Shown here piece by piece: positions 8,959 through 19,110 of a stretch of DNA of 64,000 nt; positions within the stretch are counted from its first letter, which is position 1, and each line of letters starts with the position of its first letter. The notes beneath the pieces are model-generated. The model had not been told where the DNA came from and searched no databases. It saw nothing but the letters and a program-made list of their open reading frames with translations. Both the position numbers and the translations under genes were made by a program. The DNA comes from Sulfurimonadaceae bacterium. GTDB taxonomy: Bacteria; Campylobacterota; Campylobacteria; Campylobacterales; Sulfurimonadaceae. The stretch covers positions 1,781-65,780 of the forward strand of contig JAVHOA010000120.1 of the NCBI GenBank assembly GCA_036169815.1. Direction: 5' to 3'.

Positions 8959-9258
8959 TTAATTTTCTTTTTTGTTGTTCGAAATTTTTCCAATAGCACA
9001 CGAAACATAACTCTTAGCCTTCAGGCTAGCTGAGTCAATGAAACCGATCTCTTCGTCACAAAGAGGATAGCCTAAGTTCCTTAGAGTTGCTTTGAAATGT
9101 GCTTGTGACGCTTCATCAAGTATATCGACTGTTACTTTTCGAGGCTCGCACGAGAGATCTACATGTATATCTTTAAATCCCTCGGCCTCAAGGGATTTCG
9201 TAATTGTGTTTGCACAACCAGAACATTTAACATAGCAAACCTCAAAAGTTGTCAGCAT
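8959..9258 (-). CDS. Heavy-metal-associated (HMA) domain protein
   Basis: 99 aa. MLTTFEVCYVKCSGCANTITKSLEAEGF... fits the HMA fold with a CxxC metal site. Fills the sucD-oorD gap exactly (start 3 nt after the sucD stop). Confidence 0.6.
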   Translation of the reverse strand: MLTTFEVCYVKCSGCANTITKSLEAEGFKDIHVDLSCEPRKVTVDILDEASQAHFKATLRNLGYPLCDEEIGFIDSASLKAKSYVSCAIGKISNNKKEN

Positions 9259-9260
9259 CT

Positions 9261-10136
9261 CTATTTTTTTCCTAAAACTTCAGCAACCGCTTTTCCGATT
9301 TCAGCTGGAGAAACAACAACTCTTACACCCGCTGCTTCAAGCGCTTCCATTTTTTCTTTTGCAGTTCCAGCACCACCACTGACAATAGCACCAGCGTGCC
9401 CCATACGTTTACCCTTTGGAGCTGTCTGACCAGCGATAAAGGCAACAACAGGTTTTGTAATCTGCTCTTTTATGAGTTTTGCTGCTTGAATCTCTAAATC
9501 GCCACCAATTTCACCAATCATAACAATTGCGTGAGTATCAGGATCTGCTTCAAACATTGGAAGCAATTGTTTATATGAAAGACCAATAATCGGATCTCCA
9601 CCAATACCAACCGCTGTTGAGATGCCAAAACCTTCTCTACAAACTTGGTTTGCACCCTCATATGTGAGTGTGCCAGATTTTGAGATAAGTCCAACATTTC
9701 CTTTTTTGAAAATCATTCCTGGCATAATCCCGATTTTACACTCTTCTGCGGTAATAATCCCTGGACAGTTTGGTCCGATTGTTTTCATATTGTGTTTTGT
9801 TGCGTACGCTTTTGCAGCTTGCATGTCACGCACTGGAGCACCCTCGGTAATCACAACAGCAAGTTCAATACCTGCATCTGCGGCTTCCATAACAGCATCA
9901 GCCACAAAAGCTGGTGGAACAAAAATCATACTTACAGTCGCGCCTGTAGCTTTTACTGCTTCAGCAACAGTATTGAAAACGGGTTGTCCTAAATGTTCTT
10001 GACCACCTTTGTTTGGTGTTACACCACCAACGATTTTTGTACCATAAGCCAAACACTGCTCAGCGTGAAAAGAACCCTCTTTACCTGTAAAACCTTGAAC
10101 GATAACTTTTGTATCTTTATTGACTAAAATACTCAT
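9261..10136 (-). CDS. sucD: Succinyl-CoA synthetase, alpha subunit
   Basis: 291 aa. [22 protein letters not shown], and the MGHAGAIV active-site His loop. Confidence 0.95.
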   Translation of the reverse strand: MSILVNKDTKVIVQGFTGKEGSFHAEQCLAYGTKIVGGVTPNKGGQEHLGQPVFNTVAEAVKATGATVSMIFVPPAFVADAVMEAADAGIELAVVITEGAPVRDMQAAKAYATKHNMKTIGPNCPGIITAEECKIGIMPGMIFKKGNVGLISKSGTLTYEGANQVCREGFGISTAVGIGGDPIIGLSYKQLLPMFEADPDTHAIVMIGEIGGDLEIQAAKLIKEQITKPVVAFIAGQTAPKGKRMGHAGAIVSGGAGTAKEKMEALEAAGVRVVVSPAEIGKAVAEVLGKK

Positions 10137-10140
10137 TGAA

Positions 10141-11313
10141 TTATTCTCCTTTCGCAGCAGCTACAGCTTTAGCCGCACCATCAGCTAAATCAGTTGCCGC
10201 AATAACATTTGGTATATTTGCATTTTTTAGAATCTCTGCGGCCTCTGGTGCATTCGTACCATCAAGACGTACGATAACTGGGACATGAACATTAACCAAT
10301 TTTGTCGCTTCTAAAATTCCATTTGCAATACGATCACATCGCACGATTCCACCAAAAATGTTTACGAAAATTGCTTTCACTTTTGGATTTTTTAAAATGA
10401 TTTCAAACCCTTTTGCAACTGTTTCTGCATTTGCTTTTCCGCCAACGTCAAGGAAGTTCGCAGGTGTTCCACCCATATAGTTGATTGTATCCATTGTACC
10501 CATCGCAAGACCAGCACCATTAACCATACAACCTATTTCGCCATCTAAAGAGATATAAGAGAGTCCATAACGTCCAGCTTCTCTCTCATCTGCATCTTCC
10601 TCGGAGATATCTCGCATATCTTCAATATCTGGGTGGCGTCCAAGTGCTGAATCATCAAATCCCATTTTGCCATCAAGTGCCAAGAAATCCCCAGACCCAG
10701 TTTTGATAAGTGGGTTGATTTCAATCATCTCGGCATCATTTTCCATATAAAGTTTATAAAGTTTTGATGCAAATGAGATAAACTTTTTCTGTTCAGCAGC
10801 ATCTGTGATGCCAAGCCCAAAAACAAGTTCGCGACCATGAAAACCTTGAAAACCAATAGCAGGATCGACAGCAACTTTAATGATTTTTTCAGGAGTATCG
10901 TGTGCAACATTTTCTATCTCCATACCGCCTTGCGTAGAAGCCATAATGACAGGCATCTCACGTGCGCGGTCTAAAACAACACCGAGATAAAGTTCATCTA
11001 CGATGTCTGCACCCTCTTCTATATAAACTTTTTGAACCAGTTTGCCCTCTGGACCTGTTTGGTGTGTTACAAGAGTCATACCTAGAATTTCAGTCGCTAA
11101 CTGCCCTACTTCTTCAAGTGAACGTGCAAGTTTTACACCACCACCGAGTCCACGACCACCTGCATGTATTTGTGCTTTCACAACCCAAATATTTCCACCA
11201 AGTTCTGAGGCATTTCTCACTGCTTGGTCTGGTGTATTTGCCACAATACCTCTTGGTGTTGGAACACCATATTTAGCAAAAATCTGTTTTGCTTGATATT
11301 CATGTATATTCAT
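10141..11313 (-). CDS. sucC: Succinyl-CoA synthetase, beta subunit
   Basis: 390 aa. [18 protein letters not shown]..., ATP-grasp domain, [18 protein letters not shown]. Confidence 0.95.
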   Translation of the reverse strand: MNIHEYQAKQIFAKYGVPTPRGIVANTPDQAVRNASELGGNIWVVKAQIHAGGRGLGGGVKLARSLEEVGQLATEILGMTLVTHQTGPEGKLVQKVYIEEGADIVDELYLGVVLDRAREMPVIMASTQGGMEIENVAHDTPEKIIKVAVDPAIGFQGFHGRELVFGLGITDAAEQKKFISFASKLYKLYMENDAEMIEINPLIKTGSGDFLALDGKMGFDDSALGRHPDIEDMRDISEEDADEREAGRYGLSYISLDGEIGCMVNGAGLAMGTMDTINYMGGTPANFLDVGGKANAETVAKGFEIILKNPKVKAIFVNIFGGIVRCDRIANGILEATKLVNVHVPVIVRLDGTNAPEAAEILKNANIPNVIAATDLADGAAKAVAAAKGE

Positions 11314-11336
11314 TTACTTCTCCTTTTTAAATTTAA

Positions 11337-12728
11337 TTACTCTTTTGGACTTATCATATCTTCTGGCACAACATACTTATCAAACTCTTCAGCGCTTAGT
11401 AAACCAAGAGCCATCGCTTCCTCTTTAAGAGTTGTTCCATTTTTATGAGCAGTTTTTGCGATTTTTGCTGCATTTTCATATCCAATATATGGGTTGAGTG
11501 CAGTAACAAGCATTAAAGAATCATGAAGATAATGATCAATTTTTGACACATTTGCTTCAATACCAATTGCAGCATTGTCATTAAATGAAACAATAGAGTC
11601 CGCAAGCAGTCTTGATGATTGCAAGAAGTTATAGGCAATTACAGGTTTAAATACATTCAGTTCAAAATTTCCTTGACTCGCTGCAAAACCGATTGTTGCA
11701 TCATTTCCCATCACTTGGCATGCTACCATCGTGACAGCTTCACTTTGCGTAGGGTTCACTTTCCCCGGCATGATAGAAGAACCTGGTTCGTTTTCTGGGA
11801 TTGAGATCTCTCCAAGTCCACAACGAGGTCCTGAAGCTAACCATCTTACATCATTTGCGATTTTCATCATGTCAGCAGCCAATGCTTTAAGTGCTCCGTG
11901 ACAATATACAAGTGCATCATGAGAAGTAAGCGCATGAAATTTATTAGGTGCGGTGATAAAATCATGTCCTGTGAGTTCACTGAGTTTTTTTGCAACACGT
12001 TCTCCTAGCTCTGGATGAGCATTGAGGCCTGTCCCAACAGCAGTCCCGCCAAGAGCCAACTCGCGTACAGGCTCAAGAGAATTTTTGACCATTTTTTCAC
12101 ATTTGTTCAGCATCTCTACCCAACCGCTAATCTCTTGACCAAGCGTAAGCGGTGTTGCATCTTGAAGGTGCGTACGTCCGATTTTTACAATATTTTCAAA
12201 TGCTTCACTTTTCGCTTGCAATGTTGCTTTGAGTTTTGCAATCGCTGGAAGTAAACGCTCTTCAACAGAGATAACAGACGCTACATGTAAGGCTGTTGGA
12301 TACGTGTCATTTGAGCTTTGAGATTTATTGACATCATCATTTGGATGAATCAGCTTCTCTACTCTAAAATCGCCACCGAGAATTTCAGTAGCACGATTTG
12401 CCAAGACTTCATTGTTATTCATATTCGATTGCGTACCTGAACCTGTTTGCCAAACAACCAAAGGATAGTTGCTGTCTAGTTTGCCAGCCAGCATATCATC
12501 AGCAGCTTGTGCAATTGCATCTGCTTTTCTTGCATCAAGCTTGCCTAAGTCTTTATTGACAAGTGCTACTGCTTTTTTTAGAAATGAAAATGCACGAGTA
12601 ATCTCATAAGGCATCTTCTCTTCACCAATTTTAAAATTTTCTACAGAACGCTGAGTTTGCGCCGCCCAATATGCATCAATAGGAACTGCGATTGCTCCCA
12701 TTGTGTCTTTTTCAATACGTGTTGCCAT
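11337..12728 (-). CDS. fumC: Class II fumarate hydratase
   Basis: 463 aa. [16 protein letters not shown] signature; [10 protein letters not shown]. Confidence 0.95.
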   Translation of the reverse strand: MATRIEKDTMGAIAVPIDAYWAAQTQRSVENFKIGEEKMPYEITRAFSFLKKAVALVNKDLGKLDARKADAIAQAADDMLAGKLDSNYPLVVWQTGSGTQSNMNNNEVLANRATEILGGDFRVEKLIHPNDDVNKSQSSNDTYPTALHVASVISVEERLLPAIAKLKATLQAKSEAFENIVKIGRTHLQDATPLTLGQEISGWVEMLNKCEKMVKNSLEPVRELALGGTAVGTGLNAHPELGERVAKKLSELTGHDFITAPNKFHALTSHDALVYCHGALKALAADMMKIANDVRWLASGPRCGLGEISIPENEPGSSIMPGKVNPTQSEAVTMVACQVMGNDATIGFAASQGNFELNVFKPVIAYNFLQSSRLLADSIVSFNDNAAIGIEANVSKIDHYLHDSLMLVTALNPYIGYENAAKIAKTAHKNGTTLKEEAMALGLLSAEEFDKYVVPEDMISPKE

Positions 12729-12733
12729 AAAAC

Positions 12734-13690
12734 TTACTCTCCTTGGAAAAAATTATTTTGATTGAGTGTATCAATAAGTGATTGCACTGATGCACAAGAT
12801 TTTGCAAACATCTCTTTTTCTTTATTATCCAATGTTACTTGAATAATCTTTTCTGCTCCATTTGCACCAAGCATAACAGGAACACCAGAAACGACATCAC
12901 TGTACCCATACTCACCATCAAGATACACGGCACATGGATGAATCTGTTTAGTGTCTTTTAAAATCGCCTCAACCATAATGGCTGCAGCTTTTGCAGGTGC
13001 ATAATATGCAGATCCTGTTTTGAGGTAGCTTACAATCTCTGCTCCTCCATGACGGGTACGCTGTACAATCTCTTCAATCTCATTATCAGAAAGAACATCA
13101 GTTAAAGGAACACCTGCGATAGTAGAGTAGCGAGGAAGAGGAACCATATCATCACCATGCCCACCCATAACAGAAGCACGGATTTGACCACCGCCGTAAC
13201 CTAATTTTTCTTGAATAAATGAAGCCATTCTTGAACTATCTAAGATACCAGCCATTCCAATAACTCTACTTCTGTCAAAGCCACTCTCTTTTAAAGCGAC
13301 ATAAGTCATAGCATCAAGTGGATTTGAAACCATAATAATAGTAGCATTTGGGGAGTACTGTGCGACACCTTTAATAACCTCTTTTGTGATATTTGCATTA
13401 ATCATCAAAAGATCATCACGGCTCATTCCTGGTAAGCGAGGACTTCCAGCTGTCACAACAACGACATCACAATCTGTTAAGTCAGAAATCTCTTCAGCAA
13501 CTTTAACGACAGTATGGCTACGTACGGCTGAAGCTGCTTGACTCATATCTAAAGCTTTTCCTTTAGCTACGTCAATTTTGTTATCTCTTAAAATAATCTC
13601 GTGACAAGACCCTTGCATCGCAAGTGAATATGCTACTGTGGCACCAACATTTCCAGCACCGACAATACCAACTCGTTTTCCTTGATTCAT
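12734..13690 (-). CDS. mdh: Malate dehydrogenase (LDH-like family)
   Basis: 318 aa. [11 protein letters not shown] Rossmann motif; MSRDDLL; [10 protein letters not shown]. Confidence 0.9.
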   Translation of the reverse strand: MNQGKRVGIVGAGNVGATVAYSLAMQGSCHEIILRDNKIDVAKGKALDMSQAASAVRSHTVVKVAEEISDLTDCDVVVVTAGSPRLPGMSRDDLLMINANITKEVIKGVAQYSPNATIIMVSNPLDAMTYVALKESGFDRSRVIGMAGILDSSRMASFIQEKLGYGGGQIRASVMGGHGDDMVPLPRYSTIAGVPLTDVLSDNEIEEIVQRTRHGGAEIVSYLKTGSAYYAPAKAAAIMVEAILKDTKQIHPCAVYLDGEYGYSDVVSGVPVMLGANGAEKIIQVTLDNKEKEMFAKSCASVQSLIDTLNQNNFFQGE

Positions 13691-13871
13691 TCCATGGACT
13701 CCTCAAATAGATTGACTACGACCTTAAAGTCATATACTAAAAAATCAAACTTGCAAAAAACAAGCAATGTTTAGTATAAACGGTCATATTTTTTACAACT
13801 CTTATGATACACAAACAACTATAACTATTCTATAAGGAGAACAAAAGATCAATCAAACTTCTTTTTATGTT

Positions 13872-14816
13872 TCATTTTGTAGCATTATGGATGTTTTTTA
13901 CATGTGTAGAATAGTTACAACTGAAGATATGTTTTCCATCTTCACCTTTGACAAAGTAAAGATAATCAGTTTTTGCAGGATGAATTGCTGCATCAATAGC
14001 AGTAAAACTAACATTACAGACAGGTGTTTTTGGAAGACCTTTATGTTTATAAGTATTATATGCGCTTTTATCGCTTGCGATACGTTGGTGTGTCACTTTT
14101 ACATGAGAATATTTGCCATAATTCAAAGTTCCATCCATTTGAAGTCGCATCCCTTTTTTGATACGATTATATATAACTGAAGCCACTAAAGGCATCTCTT
14201 CCTTTGAAGCAGCCTCTTTTTGTACTACAGATGCGATAGTGAGGTAACGCTTCCAATCGGCGCTGTTATATTTTCCAAGTTTTTCATTTGAGTGTTTAAT
14301 CATCTTTTGTTCAGACTTTTTTAACAAAGTTTTTATAAGTGTTTCTTCGCTCACTCCAACAGAAAATCGATAGGTATCAGGGATAAAAGCTCCCTCGGTT
14401 TCAGAACTAAATTGGTCATAGTTTTTTTGCAAAAGTGCTCTGTTTAAATGAAGTTCTTGTGCGATTTGATCTAAAAAGATAGTTGTTGTTTCCCCAGGAA
14501 TAAGCGTCACATCGACCATGGACGGTTTAGTGGTAGCTATTTTGTATAAAAAATCAGCATGGGTCATTGATGTTTCATCTAAAGTTATAAGTCCTTTTTG
14601 AGGCCTACCGATCATTCTTACTAGAAGCGCATCAAGGCTTGTAACACTTATATTTTGTTCAGATAGGTGTGTTATAATTTTGCTCATAGAGCCACTTGGT
14701 ATCACAACTGCTTTTGGGGTTACAATCATTATATTTAGGTAGTACATGAACGAAATCAGTATCAGCACTGCAATATCAAAGCTCCACGCAATTATAGTCA
14801 GCTTTTTTTTATTCAT
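13872..14816 (-). CDS. mltG: Endolytic murein transglycosylase MltG (YceG-like)
   Basis: ORF track 13872..14912. Preferred start is MNKKKLTIIAWSF (ATG 14816), which gives an N-terminal TM helix. C-terminal YceG motifs ASVVQKEA...YNTYKHKGLPKTPVCN. Confidence 0.85.
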   Translation of the reverse strand: MNKKKLTIIAWSFDIAVLILISFMYYLNIMIVTPKAVVIPSGSMSKIITHLSEQNISVTSLDALLVRMIGRPQKGLITLDETSMTHADFLYKIATTKPSMVDVTLIPGETTTIFLDQIAQELHLNRALLQKNYDQFSSETEGAFIPDTYRFSVGVSEETLIKTLLKKSEQKMIKHSNEKLGKYNSADWKRYLTIASVVQKEAASKEEMPLVASVIYNRIKKGMRLQMDGTLNYGKYSHVKVTHQRIASDKSAYNTYKHKGLPKTPVCNVSFTAIDAAIHPAKTDYLYFVKGEDGKHIFSCNYSTHVKNIHNATK

Positions 14817-17800
14817 ATTTTTATCTCTTCTGGTTATTTTTATATCTATTTTAAATGGTGTAGAGATTAACAATTTACGCTTGCCATCGTTGATAGTCGA
14901 GAAATTATACATAAAATGGGATCAAAAACTTATCATTCGGGCTCAAAAAATTGAAGTTATCTTACCAAAAACAGAAGAAAAAGAGCAAAATTATAGAAAA
15001 AAAGTCAAAGATAGTTTTGATATATTAAAAAATATTTACCAAATCGCTGATCTCTTGCAAGATGTTGATCTAAAAACTGTTCATATTAATGACACACAAC
15101 TCTCATTTCGCTATAAAAGAGGTGAAAAAAGCTTTCTTGTAGTGCGGACGAAAGATCTTCATATTTTAACTGATATTGATGTCACAAAAGAGCAATCAAT
15201 CGTTCATATTAATAAATTTGAGAACAGTGATAAAACTTTTCACCTGCATGGAACAGCAGTTATAGATAATAAAAAAGAAAAACTTTCAAGTCAGCTTGAG
15301 CTCACTCTCCTTAATGATACGAATATGACACTTTTAATCTCTATGGATACACAAAAACTTTTTTATAAATTACAATCGCGCAAAGCTATTGGAAATTTGC
15401 CATCTATCACAAAAATGGCACATCTTCCATCATATCTCAATAGATGGATTTATGATGCAATCAAAATGAAAGATGCTTCCCTGCAACAATTTTATGGATT
15501 TGTGGAGTTTGCAAAACCAGAAGATTTTATGAGACACATTTATGCAGATGCGCATTTAGAGAGTTTGCAATACACTTTTGATACAAGACTTGCTCCTATT
15601 ATAACCTCAAGTACACATCTTATTTTTAGCAATGGAGTGCTCCATATCTATCCAAAAGATGCAAGATTTCATGTACAAGAACTTCCTAAAAGCTACCTTG
15701 ATATCGATCTCAATCCCAATAAATATCTTCTTTGCCTCTATCTTCAAGATTATCTATCGCTCGATCGTGATGTTGTCAATCTATTAAAAACATATAAAGT
15801 AGATATTCCATTTATGCAAACAACTTCTAAAATAGATACGCACTTAAATCTTTTTATCAAGTTAAAAAATTTTAATGTCGATGCCAATGGAAGTTTTGCA
15901 CTCGAACATGGTGCCTTTGTTTATAAAAATATGAATCTCAATGCCTCAAATGCCTTTTTAACACTTAAAGGTTCACAAGTCGATATCAAAAACTTAACAC
16001 TTGTCAATAAAGAGAGTTTTGAAACGAATATTAGCGGTTCATTAAATCCTACAAAACATGAAGGGAGATTGGAAGCTGATATAACGCAGTTTCAAATCGA
16101 TGCCGTTTCACTCTCAAAAAAACAAAAAGTACATCTCATTTACAATGTTTTACCAAAAGAGGATAAAATTTTTGTCTCCCAATCAAGCTTACAGTATAAA
16201 GACACACTTTATGATTTGGCAAGTTTTACGTTTAATTTTGATCTCAACACCTTAATCGCCAAGCTTCCTAAAGTTGAAATTGGCGTAGAAAATAAATTTT
16301 TAGGTTCTCTGTGGGGAGATATCAATCTCAACGATTTCACAGCAGCACTCAATCTAAATATTTTAAAACTTCAAAATAAAAAAGTAAAACTCGATCAAAA
16401 TATGCTTGCCCTCTCACTCAAAGTCAATAAAAAAATAGAGATTAGTAGTAAAGAAAAAAGTGCTTGGCAAGTAGGTGAAAATAAAATTTCTTTAGGTGCA
16501 ACAAAAATTCTTTATGCAAACAATAAGGTTCAAATTGCCAAAACAGACCTAACAGCAGATACATTTAGCTCCACTTTTGTGCTCGATTATGACCTCAATA
16601 AAAGTTTAGGAGAAGTTGTTTTACAAAAAGTAGCGCTACAAAATGAGTTCCTAGCAAAATTTTTCAACAAACAAGAAAACTATGCGCTGAGCGTTGACAA
16701 CACAAAAAAAGATACAGCCATCACCTTTAAAAAATACAATACGACACTTTTGCTCAAAGAAAATAATCTGTGGAGCCTTACATGTAAGGATTTTAGTAAA
16801 ATTTATAAAAATGTTCCCCTCTTTAAAGATTACAATATTACCAATGGAGATATCACGCTTGCATCAACAAATAAAGAGGGTGAGTTCCTTTTCGATGGTT
16901 CGCTGCAATATCCGTATAAATTTCTTGTTAAAAATAATATTCCACTTGATAAATATAGATTTAGCGGAAGTTATAGCGATGAAAAAACAGATATTACCAT
17001 CAATAACGAGTTACATGTAAGGCTCAATAATGGTATAAAAATCCAAGCAAATCATCTCGGTTTTAACATTCCTGCATTTGTAAAATTTAAAAATGAGCAT
17101 ATATTTGCGCAGACAAAAGAGCAAGCATCCATCACAGCGCAAGCCAAAGAGAGTTATCTCTATTTTAGCAGCAACAGAAAGATGTTAGCCGATACTCTCA
17201 ATGTGCAATACTGTGATTCAGAGCTCACAGCACAACTCCAACACGCCAAAGGAAAAGCTGGATTCAATCTCAATAAATATGGAATTTTTTATCTGCATGG
17301 ATCAAATTTTAATGATACATTTATGGAAAAACTCTTTGCAACATCAAGATTTTCAAGTGGAGCACTCTCATTTACTTTTAATGGAGCATTTGAGGAGTTT
17401 TCTGGAATTATAGAGATTCAAAATACAATTTTACAAGAATACAAAGCACTCAATAATGTTTTTGCCTTTGTCAATACCGTTCCATCTCTTGTGACATTTA
17501 GCGTCCCTGATTACTCTCAAAAAGGCTTACATGTAGAGAATATGTATGTTGGATTTACATCTAAAAAAGGTGTGTATGATTTGAGCGATCTCTCTTTGGC
17601 ATCAAAAGAGATTAAGATTTATGGAAAAGGCAAAATGAACTTAAATAGTGACACTTTAGATATGGATCTTAACTTAAAAACAGATTTAGCCTCTAAAGCT
17701 TCCCAAATACCAATCGTTGGATATATCCTATTTGGAAAAGAGAGTATCTCTACCTCCTTGAAAGTACAAGGGAGCATTTATGATCCAAATGTGAGCACAA

Positions 17801-17901
17801 GCGTTGCAAAAGATATGATTATTGCACCCTTAAATATCATTAAAAGAACGCTTCTTTTTCCAATAGAGCTGTTCTCACCAAGCAAAAAAGATGGTGAGTA
17901 A
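14746..17901 (+). CDS. Large AsmA/YhdP-like envelope protein (N-terminal membrane anchor, C-terminal AsmA-like region)
   Basis: 1051 aa. N-terminal hydrophobic segment AIIVSFFLFIFLSLLVIFISIL and a long beta-rich Asn/Lys-rich body. The C-terminus (...IPIVGYILFGKE...KVQGSIYDPNV) resembles YhdP/AsmA C-terminal regions. The family call rests on recollection, not a search. Confidence 0.55.
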   Translation: MNEISISTAISKLHAIIVSFFLFIFLSLLVIFISILNGVEINNLRLPSLIVEKLYIKWDQKLIIRAQKIEVILPKTEEKEQNYRKKVKDSFDILKNIYQIADLLQDVDLKTVHINDTQLSFRYKRGEKSFLVVRTKDLHILTDIDVTKEQSIVHINKFENSDKTFHLHGTAVIDNKKEKLSSQLELTLLNDTNMTLLISMDTQKLFYKLQSRKAIGNLPSITKMAHLPSYLNRWIYDAIKMKDASLQQFYGFVEFAKPEDFMRHIYADAHLESLQYTFDTRLAPIITSSTHLIFSNGVLHIYPKDARFHVQELPKSYLDIDLNPNKYLLCLYLQDYLSLDRDVVNLLKTYKVDIPFMQTTSKIDTHLNLFIKLKNFNVDANGSFALEHGAFVYKNMNLNASNAFLTLKGSQVDIKNLTLVNKESFETNISGSLNPTKHEGRLEADITQFQIDAVSLSKKQKVHLIYNVLPKEDKIFVSQSSLQYKDTLYDLASFTFNFDLNTLIAKLPKVEIGVENKFLGSLWGDINLNDFTAALNLNILKLQNKKVKLDQNMLALSLKVNKKIEISSKEKSAWQVGENKISLGATKILYANNKVQIAKTDLTADTFSSTFVLDYDLNKSLGEVVLQKVALQNEFLAKFFNKQENYALSVDNTKKDTAITFKKYNTTLLLKENNLWSLTCKDFSKIYKNVPLFKDYNITNGDITLASTNKEGEFLFDGSLQYPYKFLVKNNIPLDKYRFSGSYSDEKTDITINNELHVRLNNGIKIQANHLGFNIPAFVKFKNEHIFAQTKEQASITAQAKESYLYFSSNRKMLADTLNVQYCDSELTAQLQHAKGKAGFNLNKYGIFYLHGSNFNDTFMEKLFATSRFSSGALSFTFNGAFEEFSGIIEIQNTILQEYKALNNVFAFVNTVPSLVTFSVPDYSQKGLHVENMYVGFTSKKGVYDLSDLSLASKEIKIYGKGKMNLNSDTLDMDLNLKTDLASKASQIPIVGYILFGKESISTSLKVQGSIYDPNVSTSVAKDMIIAPLNIIKRTLLFPIELFSPSKKDGE

Positions 17902-17907
17902 AGCGTG

Positions 17908-19110
17908 CTATTCATTTCTTAAAACAGTAAGAATATCTACTTCACTTGCTTTTTTCGCTGGGTAGTATGAGGAGAGAATGACGATAGCAAAGGCGCCAAG
18001 CACGATGATGGAAAAATCAAGTAAACTCAAATCAAGTGGCAGTGTTGTGGTTGGATACACATCTTTTGGAAGATGAACAATGTCAAAGCTACTTAACACC
18101 CAAATGCCACTAAGTCCAAGGACTACGCCTGAGAGTATTCCTCCAATACCTATGACAACACCTAAATATAAAAATATTTTTTTAATCTCGATTTTTGATG
18201 CACCAAGAGAGAGTAAAAGTGCTATTTCAGAGCGCCTATTCATCACTGTCATCAGCAAAGAGGAGATGATATTTATGGATGCAATCAAGATAAGGAGCAT
18301 CAAAACAATAAAAAGTGAAGTTTTTTCCAACTCAAGCGCTGCAAAAAAGTTTGTATTGTCTTCCCACCAGCCTTTAATAGCCACTGTTTGTGGTAACACC
18401 TTTGCTATCTTTTTGATATCTGCTTGCGGATTTGCAGAGTAGATATGGATGCCATTAAACTGATTTGATGGCATCGATAATACTTTTTGCAGAGATTCTA
18501 TATCTGTGTAACTATACGCCTTATCATACGCGATGAGTCCCGAATCAAAAAAATCACGCACAGTAAATCGTTTTATCTTTGGCGTCACCGAGAGACCACC
18601 TGGTTCTACTTGCGTAAAAATATACATCAGTTTATCAGCTCTGTTAATCTGATACTCTTCACTCAAAGGTTTTCCGATAATCACACTAAATTGAGGGTAG
18701 TTGCGTTCCTTGAGGGCATCTTTAAGGATTTTATTGACTTTGGCTTCCGCTTTATAATCTACTCCAAAGATATATCCACCCTCAAGCGATGATCCGCTTT
18801 TTGTAATCACAGATGAAACAACATAAGGACTGAAACTAAGAGTAGGAAATTGAGCGTTGAGCGTTGCTAGCAACTCTTTAGTAATGGCACCATCGAATTT
18901 TGGCAATATTGTCAGTGGATAGTTCATTACGGTGAGTTTGTTCTTAAACTCTTTATCAAAACCGTTCATCAGTGCCATCGCGATAATGAGTACCATCACC
19001 CCAAGCGTGATTCCGAGATAGGCTAAAAGTGCTGAGAGAAAGATGAAAGGCTGTTCCTTGTCAAAACGTAAAAACCGTTTGACAAGATAGGGGATAATAC
19101 TTCTACTCAA
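17908..19110 (-). CDS. Lipoprotein-releasing system permease, LolC/LolE family
   Basis: 400 aa. MacB/FtsX-like topology, N-terminal [28 protein letters not shown]-terminal FtsX domain. ATGA overlap with secA. Confidence 0.8.
   Translation of the reverse strand: MSRSIIPYLVKRFLRFDKEQPFIFLSALLAYLGITLGVMVLIIAMALMNGFDKEFKNKLTVMNYPLTILPKFDGAITKELLATLNAQFPTLSFSPYVVSSVITKSGSSLEGGYIFGVDYKAEAKVNKILKDALKERNYPQFSVIIGKPLSEEYQINRADKLMYIFTQVEPGGLSVTPKIKRFTVRDFFDSGLIAYDKAYSYTDIESLQKVLSMPSNQFNGIHIYSANPQADIKKIAKVLPQTVAIKGWWEDNTNFFAALELEKTSLFIVLMLLILIASINIISSLLMTVMNRRSEIALLLSLGASKIEIKKIFLYLGVVIGIGGILSGVVLGLSGIWVLSSFDIVHLPKDVYPTTTLPLDLSLLDFSIIVLGAFAIVILSSYYPAKKASEVDILTVLRNE

Noticed and set aside
8934-9008. N-terminal extensions given by the ORF track for many genes: oorD, oorC, secA, acnB, rfbB, rfbD, rlpA, tex, modB, aspS, mltG and ybeY.
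   Set aside because: The extensions overlap upstream genes or lack an RBS. Internal starts give canonical N-termini (for example [26 protein letters not shown]) with Shine-Dalgarno sequences and typical 4- or 8-nt gene overlaps.
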